Notes under the pieces: model-generated
What the model saw: only the letters and a program-made list of their open reading frames with translations
Databases searched by the model: none
Told to the model about the DNA's origin: nothing
Assembly (NCBI GenBank): GCA_964016885.1
Contig: OZ024743.1
Location: forward strand, 272,428,001 to 272,492,000
DNA length: 64,000 nucleotides
Reading direction: 5' to 3'
DNA from: Eledone cirrhosa
Taxonomy: Eukaryota
Translations under genes and position numbers: made by a program
Part shown: piece by piece, positions 1 to 13,931 of the stretch
How positions within the stretch are numbered: the first letter of the stretch is position 1
Layout: every line of letters begins with the position of its first letter

Positions 1-1682
<1,682 letters not shown>

Positions 1683-1689
1683 AATGTAA

Positions 1690-2056
1690 TCTGAGTTTTT
1701 CGAATATTAATAACATCTGATTCGTTTGCAATTATGCAAACAGTCCTCAATTTTATAGCCAATATGCAAATCAGGCAGATCAGTCACTGTATTTTTGAAA
1801 ATAGCATATATTTTCATTAGCTCTGACAGTTTGGCAGGTGAACCGTGAGCTGTACTGACGAAGGGTGATACCCGGAAACATTAGTGTCTGCAGTTCTGTT
1901 CGCATGCCAACATAAGAGCAAGAATGAAGTGTTCATTCTACTGACATGGCTATAAAATTGAGGGTTGTTTGCATAATTGCAAACGAATCGAATGTTATTA
2001 ATATTCGAAAAACTCAGAATATATTTAATGTATTCATCCATGTAGAGTGAAACTTT

Positions 2057-2058
<2 letters not shown>
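1690..2058 (+). mobile_element. Small foldback element with internal HHR, between (TA)n tracts
   Basis: Imperfect ~70-bp inverted arms (about 1690-1761 and 1947-2018) enclose the HHR at 1847-1896. Confidence 0.6.
1847..1896 (+). ncRNA. Type I hammerhead ribozyme
   Basis: Stem I gagctgta/tgcagttc; CTGACGA; stem II gggt-gat-accc; GAAA; stem III aca-ttag-tgt; GUC cleavage triplet at 1886-1888. Confidence 0.75.
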
Positions 2059-2098
<40 letters not shown>

Positions 2099-2102
<4 letters not shown>

Positions 2103-2556
2103 TGTTATACTTTGGGAGGGTCATGTTGCCAATAAGAAACACACGCACCAGTTGCTTTCACTTCAATTTATTATATATTTATAAATTTATAAATTTACAA
2201 ATCTACAAACTTATAAATTTCTGGTTGGTTGGTTGGTTCTACAACCAGATAGTTGTTTATATATATACAGAAACAAAGAAAGGAATCCCCAGTCACTGAA
2301 GAGGTCACAGAGTGTGTGACGAAAGGACTAATGACTATATATAAACAACTATCTGGTTGTAGAACCAACCAACCAACCAGAAATTTATAAGTTTGTAGAT
2401 TTGTAAATTTATAAATTTATAAATATATAATAAATTGAAGTGAAAGCAACTGGTGCGTGTGTTTCTTATTGGCAACATGACCCTCCCAAAGTATAACAAT
2501 ATCGGTTTCAACACACGATTTCAGATAAAGAATCTTGCTAAACAAATTCAGAAACG

Positions 2557-2558
<2 letters not shown>
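2099..2558 (+). mobile_element. Foldback element with 167-bp inverted arms around an HHR-like core
   Basis: 2099-2265 is the reverse complement of 2336-2502; a ~55-nt tail follows; flanked by (TA)n on both sides. Confidence 0.75.
2291..2336 (+). ncRNA. Minimal hammerhead-like core
   Basis: agtca-CTGAAGA-g-gtcaca(gagtg)tgtgac-GAAA-ggac-TA-a-tgact. Extra nucleotides at two junctions. Confidence 0.55.
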
Positions 2559-2621
<63 letters not shown>

Positions 2622-2674
2622 TGTATATATATATATATATGTAAATATATATATATATATGTATATATGTATAC

Positions 2675-2725
<51 letters not shown>

Positions 2726-2760
2726 ATTGATGTATATATAGGTGTATGTGACTGTATGTA
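2558..2760. repeat. (TA)n microsatellite
   Basis: Direct reading of the sequence. Confidence 0.95.
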
Positions 2761-2924
2761 TGCCTTCTCCAACATATTATGTTGCTACGCGTGTTTCCGC
2801 TTATTCAATTAGTGATATTGTAAACAGTTAATATTCATTATGATCCGAATAAGTTGTGCAAAGATAATTGTCGCTAAACCGATCTATTCGTTGAACACCA
2901 AAATAATATAACCAAGTGCACGAT

Positions 2925-3865
2925 GATGGCGACAACAACAGCGACAACGACCACCATCATGCCCTCCACCACCACCACACCCCGACGACGACCACCACCA
3001 CCACCACCACCTCCGTCGCCACTGCCGACAGCATCAGATCTTCAATAACAACAAAGACAACATCACCGACGGTCATCACAACTACCACCACAACCCCCAC
3101 CCCCACCACCACCACCACCACCAGCACCACCACCACCACCAACACCACCACCACCACCAACACCACCACCACCACCACCACCAACACCATCACCACACCC
3201 TTCATCCCTTCCTTCACCTCCATCGCCACAACCCACACCAACAGATCGTCGATAACAACAACGACATCAACGACGATACAGATGACCATCGCCATCACCA
3301 CCCCACCACCCCACCACCAACACCACCACTTTCACCTCCACCACCCCCATCGCCACCACCGACACTACCAGATCATCAATAGCAACAACGACAACGACAC
3401 AATCATCACCACCACCACCTTCACCAGAACCATTACCAACACCGCCACCACCACCACCACTATCTATACCACTACCACCACCACCACCACCTCAACCATC
3501 CCCTCAACCACCACCACCAACACAATCACAGCCATCATAACCATCCCCTCCATCACCACCATCGCCATTACAGCCATCACAATCATCCCTTCCATCCCCT
3601 CCATTACCACCACCACCACCATCACCACCACCATCACCACCAACACAATCATCCCCTCTATCACCTCCATCACCACCACCACTACCATCGCCACCACAAT
3701 CACCACCACCACCATCACCACCACCACCACAATCATCTCCTCCATCACCTCCATCACCACCACCACTACCAGCACCATCGCCACCACAATCAGCAGCAGC
3801 AGCACCACCACCACCACCACCACAATCATTCTCTCCACCCCCATCACTATTACCGACACCATCAG
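2925..3865. repeat. Degenerate (ACC/ATC)n trinucleotide low-complexity tract
   Basis: About 950 bp of ACC/ATC/ACA triplets; this explains the Thr-rich and Val-rich ORFs. Confidence 0.9.
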
Positions 3866-4054
3866 ATCATCAATGATATCTACAATACACATAACAGATA
3901 AAATCAGATATAATATTAGTTATAGTAAAAAAGCGACATAAATATAAAACAAGCTATAGAACATCACTAACATACTGTTAAACAACTGTAGACTGTATTA
4001 ACACCTTAATTAAGTTTTTTTTTTCATTATACAACTTAGGGAAATAGACAGAAA

Positions 4055-4227
<173 letters not shown>

Positions 4228-4654
4228 AAATGTTACAGTATCTTGAGAGAGAATAGAGAGAAGAAGCGTCATAGAAAGAGACGATACAGATAATTGCCAT
4301 AAGCAGGTGCATTCGTGCTCGATGCTTATGCAAACAGGGTTAAATATTAGAAGCGTTAATATTTAGTGTGCGAATTTAAGCAGAGCAATTATAATCGAAG
4401 AAATTGATGAAAGAGAAGCAAGCCGTTAACATATATTTATAAGAAGATATTACACATGTTACGCCCAAGTTGGGCTCCTCAGCGGCTTACAAGAAAATAA
4501 AGGATTTAATCAAGAACCCTGAATGGGTATGAGTACGATTTTAACATCGAAATTCATATCTCGGTGTTACAAAGTTAAATGTTTATGTTTGTGAACAAAG
4601 GGGAGAAATTCCGGTGCTATTTAGAATTATCTGCTAAATTATAGTCTTGTTCAT

Positions 4655-4730
4655 AGGTGCAACACACCGCTGGGAATGAAACTCACAACATTACAATCAT
4701 GAGACGAATACTTTAACCACTAAGCTGCGT
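4655..4730 (-). mobile_element. Diverged tRNA-derived SINE head
   Basis: Minus strand reads gcagcttagtggttaaagt...gtgagtttcattccc (A-box-like and B-box-like). Confidence 0.4.
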
Positions 4731-5126
4731 CCCTTGGCAAGTAAATTTAGTGCTAACACATTTAATGTAGTGTGCCAAGAGAATATATAACTTTCAATAT
4801 ACTTATTTAGCTCTTGTCTGGCTGACAGTAAGGGAAAACAGGTGTTGTAATATTCAAATTGTTTCTAAGGTGATTATAGTGGGTGTATGAATTGTCACTA
4901 AACCAACACCCAAAGGCGAATTGCGGACTGAACACCAACAGATTTTAAATTGTTATACGTAATGGTCTTTTTACTGTAAAATCATATTCCTTACATTTCT
5001 ATGTCAGAATTACACAGTAGATGAAAGTATGTGACATTTATGCTTTTTACTTTGAGTATCATCAGCACAAGCGAAGCGAAATGGCTACAATACCGAGAAC
5101 TCAATATTAGTTTACAGTATTCGCTA

Positions 5127-5190
<64 letters not shown>

Positions 5191-5395
5191 TTATGTAATA
5201 AACAACATAAGATAATTATTTCATTTACCAGTGGTTTCTTGAAAGTAACCAACATTGCTTTCATTCATCAGAATGAAAAAATCCTGGTGTCTTTATTGAC
5301 AATGGATTTGAAAAACAAAAATATAACAGATATGAAAGTGAGGGTGGAGGAAAAAGAGGGGGGGGGGGGGGGAATAATAAATATGAATATATAAC

Positions 5396-5580
5396 AACAC
5401 ACACGTACACACACACACACACACTCACATATACACACATATATACATATATATATACATATATACACGCATATATAAACATATATATACACAGAGACAC
5501 ATATACACACACATACATGTATATATATATATATATATCCCTAGATAAATACACCAATACACACACACACACACACACAT

Positions 5581-5627
<47 letters not shown>

Positions 5628-5926
5628 TATAAATATACATGCACACACATACACATATATATATATACATATATATACATACACATACATACATACACAC
5701 ACACACACATACATGCACACACATAAACACATGCATACGTACTCACATATAAATGTATACATATGCACACAAAAATAAGAATAAATTAAAGTTTAATTTG
5801 TTATTTTAATAAATATATATATATATTATATATATATTTTAATAAATATATATATATATATTATATATATTATATATATATAAAACTTTAATCTGTTATT
5901 TTAATAAATATATATATATATATTAT

Positions 5927-5960
<34 letters not shown>

Positions 5961-6010
5961 ATATATATATAATATATATATATAATATATATATTATATA
6001 TATATATATA
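5396..6010. repeat. Compound (CA)n/(TA)n microsatellite
   Basis: Direct reading of the sequence. Confidence 0.92.
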
Positions 6011-7648
6011 TGATAATAAGGGAGCTGCGGAGTTGCAAATGGGTTACATATGAAAAAAGTTTGTCCTTCATCAGTGATCTTCCAACTATCATAGGCATTT
6101 CATCGCTTTAAAGACCATATACCTCCGGTTGGTGCGAGCAACGGCTAAAAAAAGTCGTTGGGACACGTAAATAAAGGGGACGCGAGGGTAAACAAACAAA
6201 ATGGTGAGGCAACAGAAAGTGAGGAAGAAAGAGACAAGTCCCAGATTTCTATGAATTTAAGTTCGGTGAAATCGTGAACGAGAGAATAAAGACCATCAAA
6301 CCTGGTTGAAATGTGAGCAAGGAAGGAATTTCGCACAGGTCTAACGGGAGGAAAAAGGGGTCTGGTCTGCGAAATCGTAGACGAGAGAGAAAAAAAATTC
6401 CGACCAGCTTGGCCGAGAATGTGAGAGAAAAGAGTTACTTACAGGTCAAACGGGAAGAAAGAGGAGGAGGAGGAGGAGAGGTAGTGACAGAGAATCAGTG
6501 AGTGAAGAGTGAGGTGAGGAAGAGGCTAACAGAGAGAGAGAGAGAGACTGCTAGAAAGGGTAAAGATACATATAACGAAAAAGACGGTGTAGCAGCAGAG
6601 GAAAAAATATGTGTAAACATGATAATAAGGGCGCTGCGGAGTTGCAAATGGGTTACATATGAAAAAAGTTTGTCCTTCATCAGTGATCTTCCAACTATCA
6701 TAGGCATTTCATCGCTTTAAAGACCATATACCTCCGGTTGGTGCGAGCAACGGCTAAAAAAAGTCGTTGGTACACGTAAATAAAGGGGACGCGAGGGTAA
6801 ACAAACAAAACGGTGAGGCAACAGAAAGTGAGGAAGAAGGAGACAAGTCCCAGATTTCTATGAATTTAAGTTCGGTGAAATCGTGAACGAGAGAATAAAG
6901 ACCATCAAACCTGGTTGAAATGTGAGCAAGGAAGGAATTTCGCACAGGTCTAACGGGAGGAAGAAGGGGTCTGGTCTGCGAATTCGGTAAACATAAATTC
7001 TGTGAAATCGTAGATGAGAGAGAAAAAAAATTCCGACCAGCTTGGCCGAGAATGTGAGAGAAAAGAGTTACTCACAGGTCAAACGGGAAGAAAGAGGAGG
7101 AGGAGGAGGAGGAGAGGTAGTGACAGAGAATCAGTGAGTGAAGAGTGAGGTGAGGAAGAGGCTAACAGAGAGAGAGAGTGAGACTGCTAGAAAGGGTAAA
7201 GATACATAGAACGAAAAAGACGGTGTAGCAGCAGAGGAAAAAAATATGTGTACATATGATAATAAGGGCTAAAAAAAGTCGTTGGGACACGTCTCTCGTC
7301 TACGATTTCACAAAACTTATGTTTACCGAATTCGCAGACCAGACCCCTTCTTCCTCCCGTTAGACCCGTGCAAAATTCCTTCCTTGCTCACATTTCAACC
7401 AGGTTTGATGGTCTTTATTCTCTCGTTCACGATTTCACTGAACTTAAATTCATAGAAATCTGGGACTTGTCTCCTTCTTCCTCACTTTCTATTGCCTCAC
7501 AATTTTGTTTGTTTACCCTCGCGTCCCCTTTATTTACGTGTCCCAACGACTTTTTTTAACCGTTGCTCGCACCAACCGGAGGTATATGGTCTTTAAAGCG
7601 ATGAAATGCCTATGATAGTTGGAAGATCACTGACGAAGGACAAACTTT

Positions 7649-7655
<7 letters not shown>
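6008..7655 (-). mobile_element. Non-coding ~610-640-bp monomer: two tandem copies plus an inverted partial copy (retrozyme/pLTR-like)
   Basis: tgataataaggg recurs at 6011, 6620 and 7257. 7291-7655 is an inverted partial copy. Flanked by (TA)n; homologous to 25582-27122. Confidence 0.85.
7589..7641 (+). ncRNA. Putative permuted (type II-like) hammerhead core
   Basis: gtctt..GAAA-tgcc-TA-tgat(agttggaag)atca-CTGACGA-aggac. The tandem copies read CTGATGA, so they vary at the tolerant N7 position. Confidence 0.4.
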
Positions 7656-7731
<76 letters not shown>

Positions 7732-7935
7732 ACATTATATATATAATATATATATATATATAATATATATATTATATATATATAATATATATATATATTA
7801 AATATAATGTAGAAGGTGAGTAATATTGTATAACAATAAAACTATGCATATCTCAGATAAGTAGCACTCAACAGTTGGTAGAACTGGTGTATATATTAAA
7901 GAAGAAATTAAAAGATGGTTAAAAAGTTCTATATA

Positions 7936-8001
7936 TTTTTTCATGCGCATTTCGAAAACAACATCATCCTGGGACAAAAATTCTGTTCTCATCAGATAAA
8001 A
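7936..8001 (-). ncRNA. Degenerate hammerhead in PLE 3' tail
   Basis: Minus strand: ttttat-CTGATGA-gaacag..ttgttttc-GAAA-tgcgca-TG-aaaaaa. Palindromic stem III; G at the cleavage position suggests it is inactive. Confidence 0.55.
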
Positions 8002-8784
8002 TAAGGTAACATGATATGAGTTGTCAACGGGAAACTGCAACGTCTACATATGACAGAAATATAAGAGTAAGAAAAAGATAGGAAAATAGAAGAAAAGGAA
8101 AGAAGAAGGAGAAAAAGGAAAAAGAAAGAGAAGAGAGGAAAAAAAAGGTAAAAGGAAAGAAGGAAGAGAGAGAAAGAGAAAGAGAGAGAAAAAGACTTTT
8201 GATCAGGAACGCTGTCAAAATGAAACAAGCTGTAAACAACGGTTAAAAACTAAATCGATGAGGTGTATTTGCGAATATTATAGATGGTATTCAAATATTA
8301 GAGGTCTAAAATATAGAAACTGGGTATATTATTTTATATTGGGATTCAATACTAAAAATTGGATTAAGAAGTGTAAAAATGTATTAATAAAATAAAATAA
8401 AATTAAATTAAAATAAGTATAAAAACGGTTTATAAAATAAAATAAAATAAAATAAAAAAATAAAAGTAGTCTATCTATGTCAAAATTAAAAATTTCTATT
8501 AAAAATCAATATATGTGGGGTATACTATTTAATTATTATTTAATATCAACAAGTAAATAAAGGAAATTGTTAGAATCATTTATAAATGTAGAAAAACATA
8601 TGACGTCATAATTTGTTTACAAAATCTACGAAGTTTTGAACGAAAATTTAAGGCTATAGAAAAATGGTCAAAGGCTTAGTATATGCTGAGAAAACTAAAT
8701 TAATACATTGTAGAATATGATGAAATATGTGTAAAAAATATGTGTAAAAAATTAACCGTTATTCATGGAATATGTTATAGGACA

Positions 8785-9342
8785 TTAGCTATATACTTTG
8801 TGAAATGTCTTGAAGGATTTATGATTGCAAAGACCAAATAAATCTGTTCTTCTATTTATTATTGAGTTGAAATTCGAGATAATGGTAAATTTTTCAACTA
8901 GACATAAATTACAAACACTAGATACGGAAGCATTGGAGTATAGAGAAGCGTTGTAGATTTTACGCCAAAAAATTTCGTAATTAATGTTTTTGTCTTTTAA
9001 GGACCAAATAAGTTCTGAGAGTGCGGTGTTGGTCCTTTTAAGTGGATATTTAAATGTAGAAGAATGATTGTAGAATCTTGCTTTACAAGAGGTAGAAGTA
9101 GAGCCAATGTAGGTATAGGTATTGGTACTAGTTACCACTTTACATTCGTATACTAGGTTTTTATCGAGACAGAAAATACTAAGAGGACAATTAGTTCTAA
9201 TAGGGCAGTTGCATTTACGATTAAGATTATTTACAGTGGCAAGTGGCCCAAGATTAATTATATTAGGAACTGGAGTGGTGGAATTAACTAAAGGAGGGGC
9301 TAAATCTTCCAGATTTACATTACTATTTGATGTATTCCTCAA
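8785..9342 (-). CDS. PLE-type GIY-YIG endonuclease ORF (second copy, uninterrupted)
   Basis: CNC..CPL..C, LVY..YIG, RFYNH, TALSELIW, CNLCLVEK, CNHK. Confidence 0.8.
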   Translation of the reverse strand: MRNTSNSNVNLEDLAPPLVNSTTPVPNIINLGPLATVNNLNRKCNCPIRTNCPLSIFCLDKNLVYECKVVTSTNTYTYIGSTSTSCKARFYNHSSTFKYPLKRTNTALSELIWSLKDKNINYEIFWRKIYNASLYSNASVSSVCNLCLVEKFTIISNFNSIINRRTDLFGLCNHKSFKTFHKVYS

Positions 9343-9454
9343 AGTTACGTTTGACGTCGTATTTATATTTGTGTTATTAAATTAACTGAGTTAAGTAAGA
9401 ATATTTATATTTATATGATTTATAAGGGAAGATAAGGAAAACACTTATTTATTC

Positions 9455-10120
9455 ATTCGTTAGAGTGAGACTATTTAGTCAAAATAAGTATGGATGTTTA
9501 AGATACATTTAGCCAGAATCAGTTAGTGGTTATTAATCTATTGAAAAAATATTGAAAAAATATTGCGAAAATATTGAAAAAATATTGAAAAAATATTGAA
9601 AAAATATTGAAAAAATATTGAAAAAAAATTGAAAAAAATTGAAAAAAAATTGAAAAAAAATTGAAAAAAAATTGAAAAAAAATTGAAAAAAAAAAAAAAA
9701 AAAAAATTTTAAGAGATAAGTAATTTTTATGATATAAGTAATTTTTAAAGAAATAAAAATTAAAGAAATAAAAATTATTAAAATTAAAAATTAAAAAAAT
9801 TATAATTATATAGGGTTTTATTTATTTATACGTTAGTGTGAGACTATTTAGTCAAAATAAGTATAGATGTTGAAGATACATTTAGCCAGAATCAATTAAT
9901 GATTATTAATCTATTGGAAAAATATTGAAAAAATATTGAAAAAATATTGAAAAAATATTGAAAAAATATTGAAAAAATATTGAAAATTTTGAGAACATTT
10001 TTATTTTTTTTAAATAATTTTTAAGAGATAAGTAATTTTTAAAGAAATAAAAATCAAAGAAATAAAAATTAAAGAAATAAAAATTATTAAAATAAAAATT
10101 TAAAAATTAGAATTATATAC
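9455..10120. repeat. ~373-bp direct duplication containing (TTGAAAAAATA)n 11-mers
   Basis: cgttag.gtgagactatttagtcaaaataag at 9458 and 9831, each followed by 11-bp repeats. Confidence 0.85.
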
Positions 10121-10251
10121 GTATATATTTTATGAAACTTTAAGAAGTGGAATTACAGAAAATGTTAGAGTTATTATGATTTAGAGATATCAATATATAA
10201 ACCAAGTAGATGAGATTGTTATGGAAATTAATAGGAATATTATAAGTATAA

Positions 10252-10985
10252 TTATAAGTCATATATAGTTCTGAATGTTGAATTCTGGCGATGTCTACAA
10301 GAATTAAATAAATTCGTTCTTAGATTAATAGAGTTTTTACATTTAAGTATATAAACAATTTCGTCAATACACAATTTGCAGAATCTAGATAAAGCTGTGT
10401 ACGGTATGCGGGTGCTTTTGAAACCGTTTCCCAAGCTAATGAATAGTCTATATTCTTGCATTTTAAGTTCTATATCAGGTTCGAAAGAGAATTTGAAGAT
10501 TTTTTTTATCAAATCTTCGGAAAGAAAAGTCGTGGTTATTCCAGCAAATTTTAAATTCTGTAGAAGTGGCACCGACATAGTTAAATATATTATCCCTAGT
10601 TTTAACTGTGCATTTATAGACCACGTTTTTATCTAAACACTTATTTTATAAAGGACAGTTTGATTTAATTCTACAGTTACATTTTGCGGAGTTGTTGTTC
10701 GGAACGGTATTATTAGGTTGGCTATTGCTAGAAATATCACTGCTATTTTGGTTGGGTTTAAATTTAAGTTTCTATTATTAATTCTATTTATAATTCGTGC
10801 TATGTTCATAGAAGTAGAGTAGGATAGTTTTATAGCATGTCTGTTAAAGATTGAGTGGTATCTGTGGGCTTTAGGAAAACATTTATCTAGTGCTTTAAAG
10901 AATAGCTTTGCTAAAGGTGTTTTAACGCTTTATGAGAATGGGGGTGAGTACCAAATAATATTTCTAGTTCTAGTTCTTCTGTTAG
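10252..10985 (-). pseudogene. PLE linker plus first GIY-YIG endonuclease (stops and frameshifts)
   Basis: RNIIWYSPPFS*..., KCNCRIKSNCPL*NKCLDKNVVYKC..YVGATST, then CKLCIDE..CRHR. Confidence 0.8.
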
Positions 10986-10987
10986 TT

Positions 10988-11945
10988 TTAGAGTTTAAGT
11001 AAATTGTTTTTATTATTATTACAATTAATAGTAGGGTGATTTGCCTTATTATTGTTGTCGATGTATTTAATCTTATTTGTATACCCTACTGTATTTAAAG
11101 CTTCATTATAATATTCAGGCTTATCGTCAAAAATGTTTTTATTAGCGGAGATGGGTGAAATCCGTTGTTGGACAGAATTGACAATAGCGTTCTTGATAGA
11201 TCTAGGATGATTAGAGTTAAAACTTACATAGTTTAGATTCTCATTAATTTTATGGAATGGATAGTAGAGCCCTGTGTTAAGGTTTAATGTTACGTTTAAA
11301 AAGTTAACAATTTTATAGTTATTCTCTATTTCTAACTTAAGTTTGTAGCTATTGAAGAATTGTATTATGGATTTTCTTTTCCTATTAATTTCATAATTAC
11401 TATGATTTTCAATTAAAAGCAGCATATCATGACGATATAAACCACCGGTCATCTCTGGTATTTTTCTATGCAGTGTATTATTAATAAATAACCCCACAAG
11501 ATCCGTTATCTGCGCCGAGTCAGATGATCCCATGGTGATATCAAAATTATTTTTTCTATCAGCTCTTGTCCAGAGATGATTGTTGAATTCAGTTAAAGTT
11601 TTCCGTGTGGTTAAAATGATATGCCTTTCTTCGCTAGATAAATCTGTATGTTTAGATGCATTGTTAAGAGCCCTATTAAGTAAACTAGGAGTAATAGAGG
11701 AGTAATAGTTTGCAATATCCATTTGAAAGAATTTTTTGTTATGTTTAAATTTTATGTTATTGAACCAATCTATAACCTCGTTAGTACCGTTCCATAGTTT
11801 TAGGTGAGATATTTCTTTAAGTTGCGGTATGAATTTATCTAATATAAGTTTACTGAATATGCCTAAGTCTGATTTAGATGGTGGTATAAGTTTGACTGAT
11901 AGTTCTTTTTCAAAGTTTCTTTTGTGGTCTTTCAGGTTAATTTTC
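10988..11945 (-). pseudogene. PLE reverse transcriptase fragment
   Basis: ORF 10988-11722 plus in-frame upstream sequence; the catalytic motif is degenerate (YRHD); SNHP thumb motif. Confidence 0.88.
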
Positions 11946-11949
11946 GGTC

Positions 11950-12025
<76 letters not shown>

Positions 12026-12029
<4 letters not shown>

Positions 12030-12636
12030 TATGTATGTATACGTACATACATATATGTATACAGACGTACAGTAGCATGTATTTATATACATACAGGCAC
12101 ACATATATATATGCACGTATCAGTTTACCGAACATTTATTATAATGCTCGGTTTGTTCGTTTGTAAACAAACAAACAGCCTTATTCTATTCCATTTATCA
12201 TTTTCGGTGCGCCTGGCCGACTGAACTCACTCGATATGCAAATTAGGCTGCTCAGCCGTTAATTTTCATAAGGAAAGTATATACTTTCGGACGTTCAACC
12301 ATCTGGCAGAAAGGTATACGGTGCTGACGATAGCTAATAAGCTTGAAACTAGTACATCGTTCCTGTGTCAGTGTTGAACAAAAAGGTGACGTGGTTGCCT
12401 AAACACTGTACGGCGTAATTCAGGCTGTTTGTTTGTTTACAAACGAACAAACCGAGCATTGTAATAAATGTTCGGTAATTTGATACGTGCATATATATAT
12501 GTGTGCCTGTATGTGTATATATACATGCTACTGTACGTCTGTATACATATATGTGTGTACGTATACATACATACTTACATTTAAGTGAGTGCCGTACTAA
12601 GAGTGAGAAATGAAATTTCGTTTCATTCTATTCCAT
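12026..12636 (+). mobile_element. ~430-bp HHR monomer with a 5' inverted copy
   Basis: About 12026-12181 is inverted against 12422-12577; attctattccat recurs at about 12183 and 12625; (TA)n flanks; homologous to 16765-17292. Confidence 0.8.
12318..12360 (+). ncRNA. Minimal type I hammerhead with palindromic stem III
   Basis: acggtg-CTGACGA-t-agct(aata)agct-t-GAAA-ctag-TA-catcgt; GUA cleavage triplet. Confidence 0.8.
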
Positions 12637-12651
12637 ATATATATATATATA

Positions 12652-13278
12652 ATTCAGGAAAGAAGAATGACACGGTTTATAATACAAAAAAAGGTTTTTA
12701 ATCTAATTGTTGACAATTGTTTCTTTGAACTGGTAGGTCTAGAGATCGCTACCCGCTTGTTTTCACGTTATTCGATCACCAATACAAAGTTATAACCAGT
12801 CAATTCATCGGAGCTTGTGAGAATGAAAGGAATATACAGGCATGGCTTCTATATATAGTAGTAATGGCATTCATCATAGCAATAACAACAATACTAACAA
12901 TGCTAGCAATAAATTATTTGAAATAATCACAACATCAATCTAGGTGGGAAGTATAGTATATCTACGATTTTAGCGTGTAAATCTAGCTGACATGAGGCAG
13001 ACGTATAAAATTGACATGTAAAAGCTGTCATGGGGTGTATTATATATAGTGTAAAGATAAGCCGGTGGCTTTAAACAATGTAGGTCTGGTGGCCGTAAGA
13101 ATCATTTATTATCTGACAGATGAAGAATTTATCACTGTAGTGAAGATAGTAATATTTGTGTGGTCTATATTAGATGAAAGGGTTGTCTAGCTTTCTCATC
13201 ATCAATAACATACATGTATAAGACACCATTAACAGAGTAGCAATATAATAGGCAAGTTAATACAGAGGTTAAGGAGGC

Positions 13279-13358
<80 letters not shown>

Positions 13359-13930
13359 AAGAGAAAACATGCTGATTACAATTATAACAGGAGGAAGGTA
13401 AAGTTCTGCTGTAGTAGTATTTTGAAATGTTCTTGGATTTAGGTTCATTTGTTGAGAGTCAAGGGTAAGGAAGTTGTGTTGACAGCAGCTGAGAAGAGAT
13501 ATATTTATGGGTTGATAAGGTACTTACAGACATTAGTGTGGTATAGAACTAAGAAGGCTAGAATGTACTTAATTATTATATTTCTGTGGTGGTTCGTGCA
13601 GTATAGTGGGTATCCTAAGTTGAAGGCTGAGTTACGTCGGTTCGATCCACGGAGGCTTAAATCTTGTGAATTTAGTGGCGATCCTGTGTCTGCAGAAGAT
13701 TGATCTTTCTAGCTTGTTGTTGAGTAGCCTTTTTACATTTCTAAGGATATATAGTAATTCTAGATCACAGAGCCTATAGTGGGACATACCGGTAGTGTAG
13801 GTCTTTGCGGCCGACAACCTCGACCAGTTGATACTGTAGTTGGTGTTATTGTCCTTAAGTTCCCAGATGTTTTTGGCGAGGGTTGTAGAACCCATAAGTG
13901 CACGATTTTTCATCGAAAGTCTGTGCACAT
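12652..13930 (-). mobile_element. 3' fragment of a second Penelope-like element
   Basis: GIY-YIG C-terminus in ORF 13632-13928 (TTLAKNIWELKD..INW..RLCDLE..CRH) followed by a non-coding tail with an HHR; contains a (CA)n tract. Confidence 0.75.
12709..12814 (-). ncRNA. Degenerate hammerhead with long stem II
   Basis: Minus strand: CCGATGA-a-ttgactggt...accagttcaa-a-GAAA-caattg-TC. Palindromic stem III and GUC triplet. Confidence 0.55.
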
Positions 13931-13931
13931 A

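Larger units (their letters stand above)
7798..11950 (-). mobile_element. 5'-truncated Penelope-like element (probably Naiad-type) with RT, two GIY-YIG regions and an HHR-containing tail
   Basis: RT motifs LKDHKENF, DIANYYSSI, FDITMGS, GLYRHD, FLNVTL; linker RNIIWYSPPFS; GIY-YIG motifs; bounded by (TA)n at both ends. Confidence 0.85.

Noticed and set aside
2916-3941. 341-aa Thr-rich mucin-like ORF
   Set aside because: Open only because of ACC-type triplet repeats; GTG start, no signal peptide or domain, no splice evidence.
6145-7559. Repeated ~63-aa ORFs in the 630-bp monomer (also 26048-27026)
   Set aside because: Non-ATG starts, and frames differ between the two loci; recurrence reflects DNA repetition.
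9541-9985. CRISPR-like regular repeats
   Set aside because: Contiguous 11-mers with no unique spacers and no cas genes; eukaryotic context.
10252-10985. Selenocysteine recoding as reported for some Naiad PLEs
   Set aside because: The stops I checked are TAA at non-cysteine positions, the zinc-finger cysteines are ordinary codons, and no SECIS was recognised.
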